NCBI GenBank assembly: GCA_014905635.1
Contig: JABVCE010000004.1
Coordinates: forward strand, 1 to 64,000
Length of the DNA stretch: 64,000 nt
Source of the DNA: Scenedesmus sp. PABB004
Lineage: Eukaryota
Reading direction: 5' to 3'
Shown here: positions 11,022-26,000 of the stretch, piece after piece
Layout of the letters: every line of letters starts with the position of its first letter
Numbering within the stretch: position 1 is the stretch's first letter
The notes under the pieces: model-generated
Database searches by the model: none
Told to the model about the DNA's origin: nothing
What the model saw: the letters and a program-made list of their open reading frames with translations, nothing else
Translations under genes and position numbers: made by a program

Positions 11022-14000
11022 TCAAGGGGTTGCTGCTTGACAAGCATTGTTGACGCATGAAAAGGTTGCGCACTCAGTGGTATACGTGCAGACGTCGCCA
11101 GTCGCCTTGATACCCTACGTAGCAAGAAGAACACGGCATGTTGAGCGATTGGCACAACATACATAAGCTTGCGCAAATGTGACAGCAGCCAACGCGCCTG
11201 TTTACACAAGTAAGAGTTGTCAACTTGGACGTCGCAGTTTTGGCTTGCACAATCGGCATCGTCTTGGCATATCTCATTCAGAGCAGCTAAGCCCTGCGTG
11301 AGGAGCAACTTAGCGGTGGTTTGATGATGCTATTTTGAAACCAACATTATAAACCCTAATCGCAAGTAACCGATGCCCCAAACCGCAGTTATCTAACTAG
11401 CTCAACTTTGTCGAACCCCAAACCCTTAGGGCCTAAACTCATAACCACCCCATAGCAACGCACCGACGCGACGCACTGCGCGTCTGCACAATTTGTAGAG
11501 GTGCAGTTGGCGTTGTCTGTGCAGCTGCCGCCGACGTCCACAACGCCCTGCGCGCGGAGCGGCAGCGGGCGGCATAAGTGCAGTGTGGTGAGGTCGGCGC
11601 ACGTGCACGCCGCATGCCGCGCGCCGGATATGCTGCCGCCCGCAAGGCGCGCGCACTCACCGTCGCATAGCACTTGCCGGCGATGCAGTTGGTGGTGGTG
11701 CAGTTGGCGTTGTCTGTGCAGCTGCCGCCGACGTCCACAACGCCCTGCGCGCGGAGCGGCAGCGGGCGGCATAAGTGCAGTGTGGTGAGGTCGGCGCACG
11801 TGCACGCCGCATGCCGCGCGCCGGATATGCTGCCGCCCGCAAGGCGCGCGCACTCACCGTCGCATAGCACTTGCCGGCGATGCAGTTGGTGGTGGTGCAG
11901 TTGGCGTTGTCTGTGCAGCTGCCGCCGACGTCCACAACGCCCTGCGCGCGGAGCGGCAGCGGGCGGCATAAGTGCAGTGTGGTGAGGTCGGCGCACGTGC
12001 ACGCCGCATGCCGCGCGCCGGATATGCTGCCGCCCGCAAGGCGCGCGCACTCACCGTCGCATAGCACTTGCCGGCGATGCAGTTGGTGGTGGTGCAGTTG
12101 GCGTTGTCTGTGCAGCTGCCGCCGACGTCCACAACGCCCTGCGCGCGGAGCGGCAGCGGGCGGCATAAGTGCAGTGTGGTGAGGTCGGCGCACGTGCACG
12201 CCGCATGCCGCGCGCCGGATATGCTGCCGCCCGCAAGGCGCGCGCACTCACCGTCGCATAGCACTTGCCGGCGATGCAGTTGGTGGTGGTGCAGTTGGCG
12301 TTGTCTGTGCAGCTGCCGCCGACGTCCACAACGCCCTGCGCGCGGAGCGGCAGCGGGCGGCATAAGTGCAGTGTGGTGAGGTCGGCGCACGTGCACGCCG
12401 CATGCCGCGCGCCGGATATGCTGCCGCCCGCAAGGCGCGCGCACTCACCGTCGCATAGCACTTGCCGGCGATGCAGTTGGTGGTGGTGCAGTTGGCGTTG
12501 TCTGTGCAGCTGCCGCCGACGTCCACAACGCCCTGCGCGCGGAGCGGCAGCGGGCGGCATAAGTGCAGTGTGGTGAGGTCGGCGCACGTGCACGCCGCAT
12601 GCCGCGCGCCGGATATGCTGCCGCCCGCAAGGCGCGCGCACTCACCGTCGCATAGCACTTGCCGGCGATGCAGTTGGTGGTGGTGCAGTTGGCGTTGTCT
12701 GTGCAGCTGCCGCCGACGTCCACAACGCCCTGCGCGCGGAGCGGCAGCGGGCGGCATAAGTGCAGTGTGGTGAGGTCGGCGCACGTGCACGCCGCATGCC
12801 GCGCGCCGGATATGCTGCCGCCCGCAAGGCGCGCGCACTCACCGTCGCATAGCACTTGCCGGCGATGCAGTTGGTGGTGGTGCAGTTGGCGTTGTCTGTG
12901 CAGCTGCCGCCGACGTCCACAACGCCCTGCGCGCGGAGCGGCAGCGGGCGGCATAAGTGCAGTGTGGTGAGGTCGGCGCACGTGCACGCCGCATGCCGCG
13001 CGCCGGATATGCTGCCGCCCGCAAGGCGCGCGCACTCACCGTCGCATAGCACTTGCCGGCGATGCAGTTGGTGTTGTTGTTGTTACGCGCAGGCTCAGTC
13101 GGGATTCCCGACTCGGGGCAGGGCAAGAACGAAGGCGTTCTTGGGCGGTACGCTTGGTTAGTTGGTGGTGGTGCAGTTGGCGTTGTCTGTGCAGCTGCCG
13201 CCGACGTCCACAACGCCCTGCGCGCGGAGCGGCAGCGGGCGGCATAAGTGCAGTGTGGTGAGGTCGGCGCACGTGCACGCCGCATGCCGCGCGCCGGATA
13301 TGCTGCCGCCCGCAAGGCGCGCGCACTCACCGTCGCATAGCACTTGCCGGCGATGCAGTTGGTGGTGGTGCAGTTGGCGTTGTCTGTGCAGCTGCCGCCG
13401 ACGTCCACAACGCCCTGCGCGCGGAGCGGCAGCGGGCGGCATAAGTGCAGTGTGGTGAGGTCGGCGCACGTGCACGCCGCATGCCGCGCGCCGGATATGC
13501 TGCCGCCCGCAAGGCGCGCGCACTCACCGTCGCATAGCACTTGCCGGCGATGCAGTTGGTGGTGGTGCAGTTGGCGTTGTCTGTGCAGCTGCCGCCGACG
13601 TCCACAACGCCCTGCGCGCGGAGCGGCAGCGGGCGGCATAAGTGCAGTGTGGTGAGGTCGGCGCACGTGCACGCCGCATGCCGCGCGCCGGATATGCTGC
13701 CGCCCGCAAGGCGCGCGCACTCACCGTCGCATAGCACTTGCCGGCGATGCAGTTGGTGGTGGTGCAGTTGGCGTTGTCTGTGCAGCTGCCGCCGACGTCC
13801 ACAACGCCCTGCGCGCGGAGCGGCAGCGGGCGGCATAAGTGCAGTGTGGTGAGGTCGGCGCACGTGCACGCCGCATGCCGCGCGCCGGATATGCTGCCGC
13901 CCGCAAGGCGCGCGCACTCACCGTCGCATAGCACTTGCCGGCGATGCAGTTGGTGGTGGTGCAGTTGGCGTTGTCTGTGCAGCTGCCGCCGACGTCCACA

Positions 14001-17000
14001 ACGCCCTGCGCGCGGAGCGGCAGCGGGCGGCATAAGTGCAGTGTGGTGAGGTCGGCGCACGTGCACGCCGCATGCCGCGCGCCGGATATGCTGCCGCCCG
14101 CAAGGCGCGCGCACTCACCGTCGCATAGCACTTGCCGGCGATGCAGTTGGTGGTGGTGCAGTTGGCGTTGTCTGTGCAGCTGCCGCCGACGTCCACAACG
14201 CCCTGCGCGCGGAGCGGCAGCGGGCGGCATAAGTGCAGTGTGGTGAGGTCGGCGCACGTGCACGCCGCATGCCGCGCGCCGGATATGCTGCCGCCCGCAA
14301 GGCGCGCGCACTCACCGTCGCATAGCACTTGCCGGCGATGCAGTTGGTGGTGGTGCAGTTGGCGTTGTCTGTGCAGCTGCCGCCGACGTCCACAACGCCC
14401 TGCGCGCGGAGCGGCAGCGGGCGGCATAAGTGCAGTGTGGTGAGGTCGGCGCACGTGCACGCCGCATGCCGCGCGCCGGATATGCTGCCGCCCGCAAGGC
14501 GCGCGCACTCACCGTCGCATAGCACTTGCCGGCGATGCAGTTGGTGGTGGTGCAGTTGGCGTTGTCTGTGCAGCTGCCGCCGACGTCCACAACGCCCTGC
14601 GCGCGGAGCGGCAGCGGGCGGCATAAGTGCAGTGTGGTGAGGTCGGCGCACGTGCACGCCGCATGCCGCGCGCCGGATATGCTGCCGCCCGCAAGGCGCG
14701 CGCACTCACCGTCGCATAGCACTTGCCGGCGATGCAGTTGGTGGTGGTGCAGTTGGCGTTGTCTGTGCAGCTGCCGCCGACGTCCACAACGCCCTGCGCG
14801 CGGAGCGGCAGCGGGCGGCATAAGTGCAGTGTGGTGAGGTCGGCGCACGTGCACGCCGCATGCCGCGCGCCGGATATGCTGCCGCCCGCAAGGCGCGCGC
14901 ACTCACCGTCGCATAGCACTTGCCGGCGATGCAGTTGGTGGTGGTGCAGTTGGCGTTGTCTGTGCAGCTGCCGCCGACGTCCACAACGCCCTGCGCGCGG
15001 AGCGGCAGCGGGCGGCATAAGTGCAGTGTGGTGAGGTCGGCGCACGTGCACGCCGCATGCCGCGCGCCGGATATGCTGCCGCCCGCAAGGCGCGCGCACT
15101 CACCGTCGCATAGCACTTGCCGGCGATGCAGTTGGTGGTGGTGCAGTTGGCGTTGTCTGTGCAGCTGCCGCCGACGTCCACAACGCCCTGCGCGCGGAGC
15201 GGCAGCGGGCGGCATAAGTGCAGTGTGGTGAGGTCGGCGCACGTGCACGCCGCATGCCGCGCGCCGGATATGCTGCCGCCCGCAAGGCGCGCGCACTCAC
15301 CGTCGCATAGCACTTGCCGGCGATGCAGTTGGTGGTGGTGCAGTTGGCGTTGTCTGTGCAGCTGCCGCCGACGTCCACAACGCCCTGCGCGCGGAGCGGC
15401 AGCGGGCGGCATAAGTGCAGTGTGGTGAGGTCGGCGCACGTGCACGCCGCATGCCGCGCGCCGGATATGCTGCCGCCCGCAAGGCGCGCGCACTCACCGT
15501 CGCATAGCACTTGCCGGCGATGCAGTTGGTGGTGGTGCAGTTGGCGTTGTCTGTGCAGCTGCCGCCGACGTCCACAACGCCCTGCGCGCGGAGCGGCAGC
15601 GGGCGGCATAAGCGCGGTGTGGTGAGGTCGGCGCACGTGCACGCCGCATGCCCCGCGCCGGATATGCTGCCGCCCGCAAGGCACGCGCACTCACCGTCGC
15701 ATAGCACTTGCCGGCGATGCAGTTGGTGTTGTTGTTGTTACGCGCAGGCTCAGTCGGGATTCCCGACTCGGGGCAGGGCAAGAACGAAGGCGTTCTTGGG
15801 CGGTACGCTTGGTTAGTTGGTGGTGGTGCAGTTGGCGTTGTCTGTGCAGCTGCCGCCGACGTCCACAACGCCCTGCGCGCGGAGCGGCAGCGGGCGGCAT
15901 AAGTGCAGTGTGGTGAGGTCGGCGCACGTGCACGCCGCATGCCGCGCGCCGGATATGCTGCCGCCCGCAAGGCGCGCGCACTCACCGTCGCATAGCACTT
16001 GCCGGCGATGCAGTTGGTGGTGGTGCAGTTGGCGTTGTCTGTGCAGCTGCCGCCGACGTCCACAACGCCCTGCGCGCGGAGCGGCAGCGGGCGGCATAAG
16101 TGCAGTGTGGTGAGGTCGGCGCACGTGCACGCCGCATGCCGCGCGCCGGATATGCTGCCGCCCGCAAGGCGCGCGCACTCACCGTCGCATAGCACTTGCC
16201 GGCGATGCAGTTGGTGGTGGTGCAGTTGGCGTTGTCTGTGCAGCTGCCGCCGACGTCCACAACGCCCTGCGCGCGGAGCGGCAGCGGGCGGCATAAGTGC
16301 AGTGTGGTGAGGTCGGCGCACGTGCACGCCGCATGCCGCGCGCCGGATATGCTGCCGCCCGCAAGGCGCGCGCACTCACCGTCGCATAGCACTTGCCGGC
16401 GATGCAGTTGGTGGTGGTGCAGTTGGCGTTGTCTGTGCAGCTGCCGCCGACGTCCACAACGCCCTGCGCGCGGAGCGGCAGCGGGCGGCATAAGTGCAGT
16501 GTGGTGAGGTCGGCGCACGTGCACGCCGCATGCCGCGCGCCGGATATGCTGCCGCCCGCAAGGCGCGCGCACTCACCGTCGCATAGCACTTGCCGGCGAT
16601 GCAGTTGGTGGTGGTGCAGTTGGCGTTGTCTGTGCAGCTGCCGCCGACGTCCACAACGCCCTGCGCGCGGAGCGGCAGCGGGCGGCATAAGTGCAGTGTG
16701 GTGAGGTCGGCGCACGTGCACGCCGCATGCCGCGCGCCGGATATGCTGCCGCCCGCAAGGCGCGCGCACTCACCGTCGCATAGCACTTGCCGGCGATGCA
16801 GTTGGTGGTGGTGCAGTTGGCGTTGTCTGTGCAGCTGCCGCCGACGTCCACAACGCCCTGCGCGCGGAGCGGCAGCGGGCGGCATAAGTGCAGTGTGGTG
16901 AGGTCGGCGCACGTGCACGCCGCATGCCGCGCGCCGGATATGCTGCCGCCCGCAAGGCGCGCGCACTCACCGTCGCATAGCACTTGCCGGCGATGCAGTT

Positions 17001-20000
17001 GGTGGTGGTGCAGTTGGCGTTGTCTGTGCAGCTGCCGCCGACGTCCACAACGCCCTGCGCGCGGAGCGGCAGCGGGCGGCATAAGTGCAGTGTGGTGAGG
17101 TCGGCGCACGTGCACGCCGCATGCCGCGCGCCGGATATGCTGCCGCCCGCAAGGCGCGCGCACTCACCGTCGCATAGCACTTGCCGGCGATGCAGTTGGT
17201 GTTGTTGTTGTTACGCGCAGGCTCAGTCGGGATTCCCGACTCGGGGCAGGGCAAGAACGAAGGCGTTCTTGGGCGGTACGCTTGGTTAGTTGGTGGTGGT
17301 GCAGTTGGCGTTGTCTGTGCAGCTGCCGCCGACGTCCACAACGCCCTGCGCGCGGAGCGGCAGCGGGCGGCATAAGTGCAGTGTGGTGAGGTCGGCGCAC
17401 GTGCACGCCGCATGCCGCGCGCCGGATATGCTGCCGCCCGCAAGGCGCGCGCACTCACCGTCGCATAGCACTTGCCGGCGATGCAGTTGGTGGTGGTGCA
17501 GTTGGCGTTGTCTGTGCAGCTGCCGCCGACGTCCACAACGCCCTGCGCGCGGAGCGGCAGCGGGCGGCATAAGTGCAGTGTGGTGAGGTCGGCGCACGTG
17601 CACGCCGCATGCCGCGCGCCGGATATGCTGCCGCCCGCAAGGCGCGCGCACTCACCGTCGCATAGCACTTGCCGGCGATGCAGTTGGTGGTGGTGCAGTT
17701 GGCGTTGTCTGTGCAGCTGCCGCCGACGTCCACAACGCCCTGCGCGCGGAGCGGCAGCGGGCGGCATAAGTGCAGTGTGGTGAGGTCGGCGCACGTGCAC
17801 GCCGCATGCCGCGCGCCGGATATGCTGCCGCCCGCAAGGCGCGCGCACTCACCGTCGCATAGCACTTGCCGGCGATGCAGTTGGTGGTGGTGCAGTTGGC
17901 GTTGTCTGTGCAGCTGCCGCCGACGTCCACAACGCCCTGCGCGCGGAGCGGCAGCGGGCGGCATAAGTGCAGTGTGGTGAGGTCGGCGCACGTGCACGCC
18001 GCATGCCGCGCGCCGGATATGCTGCCGCCCGCAAGGCGCGCGCACTCACCGTCGCATAGCACTTGCCGGCGATGCAGTTGGTGGTGGTGCAGTTGGCGTT
18101 GTCTGTGCAGCTGCCGCCGACGTCCACAACGCCCTGCGCGCGGAGCGGCAGCGGGCGGCATAAGTGCAGTGTGGTGAGGTCGGCGCACGTGCACGCCGCA
18201 TGCCGCGCGCCGGATATGCTGCCGCCCGCAAGGCGCGCGCACTCACCGTCGCATAGCACTTGCCGGCGATGCAGTTGGTGGTGGTGCAGTTGGCGTTGTC
18301 TGTGCAGCTGCCGCCGACGTCCACAACGCCCTGCGCGCGGAGCGGCAGCGGGCGGCATAAGTGCAGTGTGGTGAGGTCGGCGCACGTGCACGCCGCATGC
18401 CGCGCGCCGGATATGCTGCCGCCCGCAAGGCGCGCGCACTCACCGTCGCATAGCACTTGCCGGCGATGCAGTTGGTGGTGGTGCAGTTGGCGTTGTCTGT
18501 GCAGCTGCCGCCGACGTCCACAACGCCCTGCGCGTGGAGCGGCAGCGGGCGGCATAAGCGCGGTGTGGTGAGGTCGGCGCACGTGCACGCCGCATGCCCC
18601 GCGCCGGATATGCTGCCGCCCGCAAGGCGCGCGCACTCACCGTCGCATAGCACTTGCCGGCGATGCAGTTGGTGTTGTTGTTGTTACGCGCAGGCTCAGT
18701 CGGGATTCCCGACTCGGGGCAGGGCAAGAACGAAGGCGTTCTTGGGCGGTACGCTTGGTTAGTTGGTGGTGGTGCAGTTGGCGTTGTCTGTGCAGCTGCC
18801 GCCGACGTCCACAACGCCCTGCGCGCGGAGCGGCAGCGGGCGGCATAAGTGCAGTGTGGTGAGGTCGGCGCACGTGCACGCCGCATGCCGCGCGCCGGAT
18901 ATGCTGCCGCCCGCAAGGCGCGCGCACTCACCGTCGCATAGCACTTGCCGGCGATGCAGTTGGTGGTGGTGCAGTTGGCGTTGTCTGTGCAGCTGCCGCC
19001 GACGTCCACAACGCCCTGCGCGCGGAGCGGCAGCGGGCGGCATAAGTGCAGTGTGGTGAGGTCGGCGCACGTGCACGCCGCATGCCGCGCGCCGGATATG
19101 CTGCCGCCCGCAAGGCGCGCGCACTCACCGTCGCATAGCACTTGCCGGCGATGCAGTTGGTGGTGGTGCAGTTGGCGTTGTCTGTGCAGCTGCCGCCGAC
19201 GTCCACAACGCCCTGCGCGCGGAGCGGCAGCGGGCGGCATAAGTGCAGTGTGGTGAGGTCGGCGCACGTGCACGCCGCATGCCGCGCGCCGGATATGCTG
19301 CCGCCCGCAAGGCGCGCGCACTCACCGTCGCATAGCACTTGCCGGCGATGCAGTTGGTGGTGGTGCAGTTGGCGTTGTCTGTGCAGCTGCCGCCGACGTC
19401 CACAACGCCCTGCGCGCGGAGCGGCAGCGGGCGGCATAAGTGCAGTGTGGTGAGGTCGGCGCACGTGCACGCCGCATGCCGCGCGCCGGATATGCTGCCG
19501 CCCGCAAGGCGCGCGCACTCACCGTCGCATAGCACTTGCCGGCGATGCAGTTGGTGGTGGTGCAGTTGGCGTTGTCTGTGCAGCTGCCGCCGACGTCCAC
19601 AACGCCCTGCGCGCGGAGCGGCAGCGGGCGGCATAAGTGCAGTGTGGTGAGGTCGGCGCACGTGCACGCCGCATGCCGCGCGCCGGATATGCTGCCGCCC
19701 GCAAGGCGCGCGCACTCACCGTCGCATAGCACTTGCCGGCGATGCAGTTGGTGGTGGTGCAGTTGGCGTTGTCTGTGCAGCTGCCGCCGACGTCCACAAC
19801 GCCCTGCGCGCGGAGCGGCAGCGGGCGGCATAAGTGCAGTGTGGTGAGGTCGGCGCACGTGCACGCCGCATGCCGCGCGCCGGATATGCTGCCGCCCGCA
19901 AGGCGCGCGCACTCACCGTCGCATAGCACTTGCCGGCGATGCAGTTGGTGGTGGTGCAGTTGGCGTTGTCTGTGCAGCTGCCGCCGACGTCCACAACGCC

Positions 20001-23000
20001 CTGCGCGCGGAGCGGCAGCGGGCGGCATAAGTGCAGTGTGGTGAGGTCGGCGCACGTGCACGCCGCATGCCGCGCGCCGGATATGCTGCCGCCCGCAAGG
20101 CGCGCGCACTCACCGTCGCATAGCACTTGCCGGCGATGCAGTTGGTGGTGGTGCAGTTGGCGTTGTCTGTGCAGCTGCCGCCGACGTCCACAACGCCCTG
20201 CGCGCGGAGCGGCAGCGGGCGGCATAAGCGCGGTGTGGTGAGGTCGGCGCACGTGCACGCCGCATGCCCCGCGCCGGATATGCTGCCGCCCGCAAGGCAC
20301 GCGCACTCACCGTCGCATAGCACTTGCCGGCGATGCAGTTGGTGTTGTTGTTGTTACGCGCAGGCTCAGTCGGGATTCCCGACTCGGGGCAGGGCAAGAA
20401 CGAAGGCGTTCTTGGGCGGTACGCTTGGTTAGTTGGTGGTGGTGCAGTTGGCGTTGTCTGTGCAGCTGCCGCCGACGTCCACAACGCCCTGCGCGCGGAG
20501 CGGCAGCGGGCGGCATAAGTGCAGTGTGGTGAGGTCGGCGCACGTGCACGCCGCATGCCGCGCGCCGGATATGCTGCCGCCCGCAAGGCGCGCGCACTCA
20601 CCGTCGCATAGCACTTGCCGGCGATGCAGTTGGTGGTGGTGCAGTTGGCGTTGTCTGTGCAGCTGCCGCCGACGTCCACAACGCCCTGCGCGCGGAGCGG
20701 CAGCGGGCGGCATAAGTGCAGTGTGGTGAGGTCGGCGCACGTGCACGCCGCATGCCGCGCGCCGGATATGCTGCCGCCCGCAAGGCGCGCGCACTCACCG
20801 TCGCATAGCACTTGCCGGCGATGCAGTTGGTGGTGGTGCAGTTGGCGTTGTCTGTGCAGCTGCCGCCGACGTCCACAACGCCCTGCGCGCGGAGCGGCAG
20901 CGGGCGGCATAAGTGCAGTGTGGTGAGGTCGGCGCACGTGCACGCCGCATGCCGCGCGCCGGATATGCTGCCGCCCGCAAGGCGCGCGCACTCACCGTCG
21001 CATAGCACTTGCCGGCGATGCAGTTGGTGGTGGTGCAGTTGGCGTTGTCTGTGCAGCTGCCGCCGACGTCCACAACGCCCTGCGCGCGGAGCGGCAGCGG
21101 GCGGCATAAGTGCAGTGTGGTGAGGTCGGCGCACGTGCACGCCGCATGCCGCGCGCCGGATATGCTGCCGCCCGCAAGGCGCGCGCACTCACCGTCGCAT
21201 AGCACTTGCCGGCGATGCAGTTGGTGGTGGTGCAGTTGGCGTTGTCTGTGCAGCTGCCGCCGACGTCCACAACGCCCTGCGCGCGGAGCGGCAGCGGGCG
21301 GCATAAGCGCGGTGTGGTGAGGTCGGCGCACGTGCACGCCGCATGCCCCGCGCCGGATATGCTGCCGCCCGCAAGGCACGCGCACTCACCGTCGCATAGC
21401 ACTTGCCGGCGATGCAGTTGGTGTTGTTGTTGTTACGCGCAGGCTCAGTCGGGATTCCCGACTCGGGGCAGGGCAAGAACGAAGGCGTTCTTGGGCGGTA
21501 CGCTTGGTTAGTTGGTGGTGGTGCAGTTGGCGTTGTCTGTGCAGCTGCCGCCGACGTCCACAACGCCCTGCGCGCGGAGCGGCAGCGGGCGGCATAAGTG
21601 CAGTGTGGTGAGGTCGGCGCACGTGCACGCCGCATGCCGCGCGCCGGATATGCTGCCGCCCGCAAGGCGCGCGCACTCACCGTCGCATAGCACTTGCCGG
21701 CGATGCAGTTGGTGGTGGTGCAGTTGGCGTTGTCTGTGCAGCTGCCGCCGACGTCCACAACGCCCTGCGCGCGGAGCGGCAGCGGGCGGCATAAGTGCAG
21801 TGTGGTGAGGTCGGCGCACGTGCACGCCGCATGCCGCGCGCCGGATATGCTGCCGCCCGCAAGGCGCGCGCACTCACCGTCGCATAGCACTTGCCGGCGA
21901 TGCAGTTGGTGGTGGTGCAGTTGGCGTTGTCTGTGCAGCTGCCGCCGACGTCCACAACGCCCTGCGCGCGGAGCGGCAGCGGGCGGCATAAGTGCAGTGT
22001 GGTGAGGTCGGCGCACGTGCACGCCGCATGCCGCGCGCCGGATATGCTGCCGCCCGCAAGGCGCGCGCACTCACCGTCGCATAGCACTTGCCGGCGATGC
22101 AGTTGGTGGTGGTGCAGTTGGCGTTGTCTGTGCAGCTGCCGCCGACGTCCACAACGCCCTGCGCGCGGAGCGGCAGCGGGCGGCATAAGTGCAGTGTGGT
22201 GAGGTCGGCGCACGTGCACGCCGCATGCCGCGCGCCGGATATGCTGCCGCCCGCAAGGCGCGCGCACTCACCGTCGCATAGCACTTGCCGGCGATGCAGT
22301 TGGTGGTGGTGCAGTTGGCGTTGTCTGTGCAGCTGCCGCCGACGTCCACAACGCCCTGCGCGCGGAGCGGCAGCGGGCGGCATAAGTGCAGTGTGGTGAG
22401 GTCGGCGCACGTGCACGCCGCATGCCGCGCGCCGGATATGCTGCCGCCCGCAAGGCGCGCGCACTCACCGTCGCATAGCACTTGCCGGCGATGCAGTTGG
22501 TGGTGGTGCAGTTGGCGTTGTCTGTGCAGCTGCCGCCGACGTCCACAACGCCCTGCGCGCGGAGCGGCAGCGGGCGGCATAAGCGCGGTGTGGTGAGGTC
22601 GGCGCACGTGCACGCCGCATGCCGCGCGCCGGATATGCTGCCGCCCGCAAGGCACGCGCACTCACCGTCGCATAGCACTTGCCGGCGATGCAGTTGGTGT
22701 TGTTGTTGTTACGCGCAGGCTCAGTCGGGATTCCCGACTCGGGGCAGGGCAAGAACGAAGGCGTTCTTGGGCGGTACGCTTGGTTAGTTGGTGGTGGTGC
22801 AGTTGGCGTTGTCTGTGCAGCTGCCGCCGACGTCCACAACGCCCTGCGCGCGGAGCGGCAGCGGGCGGCATAAGTGCAGTGTGGTGAGGTCGGCGCACGT
22901 GCACGCCGCATGCCGCGCGCCGGATATGCTGCCGCCCGCAAGGCGCGCGCACTCACCGTCGCATAGCACTTGCCGGCGATGCAGTTGGTGGTGGTGCAGT

Positions 23001-26000
23001 TGGCGTTGTCTGTGCAGCTGCCGCCGACGTCCACAACGCCCTGCGCGCGGAGCGGCAGCGGGCGGCATAAGTTCAGTGTGGTGAGGTCGGCGCACGTGCA
23101 CGCCGCATGCCGCGCGCCGGATATGCTGCCGCCCGCAAGGCGCGCGCACTCACCGTCGCATAGCACTTGCCGGCGATGCAGTTGGTGGTGGTGCAGTTGG
23201 CGTTGTCTGTGCAGCTGCCGCCGACGTCCACAACGCCCTGCGCGCGGAGCGGCAGCGGGCGGCATAAGTGCAGTGTGGTGAGGTCGGCGCACGTGCACGC
23301 CGCATGCCGCGCGCCGGATATGCTGCCGCCCGCAAGGCGCGCGCACTCACCGTCGCATAGCACTTGCCGGCGATGCAGTTGGTGTTGTTGTTGTTACGCG
23401 CAGGCTCAGTCGGGATTCCCGACTCGGGGCAGGGCAAGAACGAAGGCGTTCTTGGCGGTACGCTTGGTTAGTTGGTGGTGGTGCAGTTGGCGTTGTCTGT
23501 GCAGCTGCCGCCGACGTCCACAACGCCCTGCGCGCGGAGCGGCAGCGGGCGGCATAAGTGCAGTGTGGTGAGGTCGGCGCACGTGCACGCCGCATGCCGC
23601 GCGCCGGATATGCTGCCGCCCGCAAGGCGCGCGCACTCACCGTCGCATAGCACTTGCCGGCGATGCAGTTGGTGGTGGTGCAGTTGGCGTTGTCTGTGCA
23701 GCTGCCGCCGACGTCCACAACGCCCTGCGCGCGGAGCGGCAGCGGGCGGCATAAGTGCAGTGTGGTGAGGTCGGCGCACGTGCACGCCGCATGCCGCGCG
23801 CCGGATATGCTGCCGCCCGCAAGGCGCGCGCACTCACCGTCGCATAGCACTTGCCGGCGATGCAGTTGGTGGTGGTGCAGTTGGCGTTGTCTGTGCAGCT
23901 GCCGCCGACGTCCACAACGCCCTGCGCGCGGAGCGGCAGCGGGCGGCATAAGTGCAGTGTGGTGAGGTCGGCGCACGTGCACGCCGCATGCCGCGCGCCG
24001 GATATGCTGCCGCCCGCAAGGCGCGCGCACTCACCGTCGCATAGCACTTGCCGGCGATGCAGTTGGTGGTGGTGCAGTTGGCGTTGTCTGTGCAGCTGCC
24101 GCCGACGTCCACAACGCCCTGCGCGCGGAGCGGCAGCGGGCGGCATAAGCGCGGTGTGGTGAGGTCGGCGCACGTGCACGCCGCATGCCGCGCGCCGGAT
24201 ATGCTGCCGCCCGCAAGGCACGCGCACTCACCGTCGCATAGCACTTGCCGGCGATGCAGTTGGTGTTGTTGTTGTTACGCGCAGGCTCAGTCGGGATTCC
24301 CGACTCGGGGCAGGGCAAGAACGAAGGCGTTCTTGGGCGGTACGCTTGGTTAGTTGGTGGTGGTGCAGTTGGCGTTGTCTGTGCAGCTGCCGCCGACGTC
24401 CACAACGCCCTGCGCGCGGAGCGGCAGCGGGCGGCATAAGTGCAGTGTGGTGAGGTCGGCGCACGTGCACGCCGCATGCCGCGCGCCGGATATGCTGCCG
24501 CCCGCAAGGCGCGCGCACTCACCGTCGCATAGCACTTGCCGGCGATGCAGTTGGTGGTGGTGCAGTTGGCGTTGTCTGTGCAGCTGCCGCCGACGTCCAC
24601 AACGCCCTGCGCGCGGAGCGGCAGCGGGCGGCATAAGTTCAGTGTGGTGAGGTCGGCGCACGTGCACGCCGCATGCCGCGCGCCGGATATGCTGCCGCCC
24701 GCAAGGCGCGCGCACTCACCGTCGCATAGCACTTGCCGGCGATGCAGTTGGTGGTGGTGCAGTTGGCGTTGTCTGTGCAGCTGCCGCCGACGTCCACAAC
24801 GCCCTGCGCGCGGAGCGGCAGCGGGCGGCATAAGTGCAGTGTGGTGAGGTCGGCGCACGTGCACGCCGCATGCCGCGCGCCGGATATGCTGCCGCCCGCA
24901 AGGCGCGCGCACTCACCGTCGCATAGCACTTGCCGGCGATGCAGTTGGTGGTGGTGCAGTTGGCGTTGTCTGTGCAGCTGCCGCCGACGTCCACAACGCC
25001 CTGCGCGCGGAGCGGCAGCGGGCGGCATAAGTGCAGTGTGGTGAGGTCGGCGCACGTGCACGCCGCATGCCGCGCGCCGGATATGCTGCCGCCCGCAAGG
25101 CGCGCGCACTCACCGTCGCATAGCACTTGCCGGCGATGCAGTTGGTGGTGGTGCAGTTGGCGTTGTCTGTGCAGCTGCCGCCGACGTCCACAACGCCCTG
25201 CGCGCGGAGCGGCAGCGGGCGGCATAAGCGCGGTGTGGTGAGGTCGGCGCACGTGCACGCCGCATGCCCCGCGCCGGATATGCTGCCGCCCGCAAGGCAC
25301 GCGCACTCACCGTCGCATAGCACTTGCCGGCGATGCAGTTGGTGTTGTTGTTGTTACGCGCAGGCTCAGTCGGGATTCCCGACTCGGGGCAGGGCAAGAA
25401 CGAAGGCGTTCTTGGGCGGTACGCTTGGTTAGTTGGTGGTGGTGCAGTTGGCGTTGTCTGTGCAGCTGCCGCCGACGTCCACAACGCCCTGCGCGCGGAG
25501 CGGCAGCGGGCGGCATAAGTGCAGTGTGGTGAGGTCGGCGCACGTGCACGCCGCATGCCGCGCGCCGGATATGCTGCCGCCCGCAAGGCGCGCGCACTCA
25601 CCGTCGCATAGCACTTGCCGGCGATGCAGTTGGTGGTGGTGCAGTTGGCGTTGTCTGTGCAGCTGCCGCCGACGTCCACAACGCCCTGCGCGCGGAGCGG
25701 CAGCGGGCGGCATAAGTGCAGTGTGGTGAGGTCGGCGCACGTGCACGCCGCATGCCGCGCGCCGGATATGCTGCCGCCCGCAAGGCGCGCGCACTCACCG
25801 TCGCATAGCACTTGCCGGCGATGCAGTTGGTGGTGGTGCAGTTGGCGTTGTCTGTGCAGCTGCCGCCGACGTCCACAACGCCCTGCGCGCGGAGCGGCAG
25901 CGGGCGGCATAAGTGCAGTGTGGTGAGGTCGGCGCACGTGCACGCCGCATGCCGCGCGCCGGATATGCTGCCGCCCGCAAGGCGCGCGCACTCACCGTCG

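Noticed and set aside
11345..11445. Third telomere-like junction (aaaccctaat, aaacccttagggcctaaac)
   Set aside because: Only isolated motifs inside an intron between two valid exons; not a tract.
13074..13159. Insertion as a spliceable introner
   Set aside because: No GT/GC...AG at its ends, and an in-frame TAA precedes the first internal GT.
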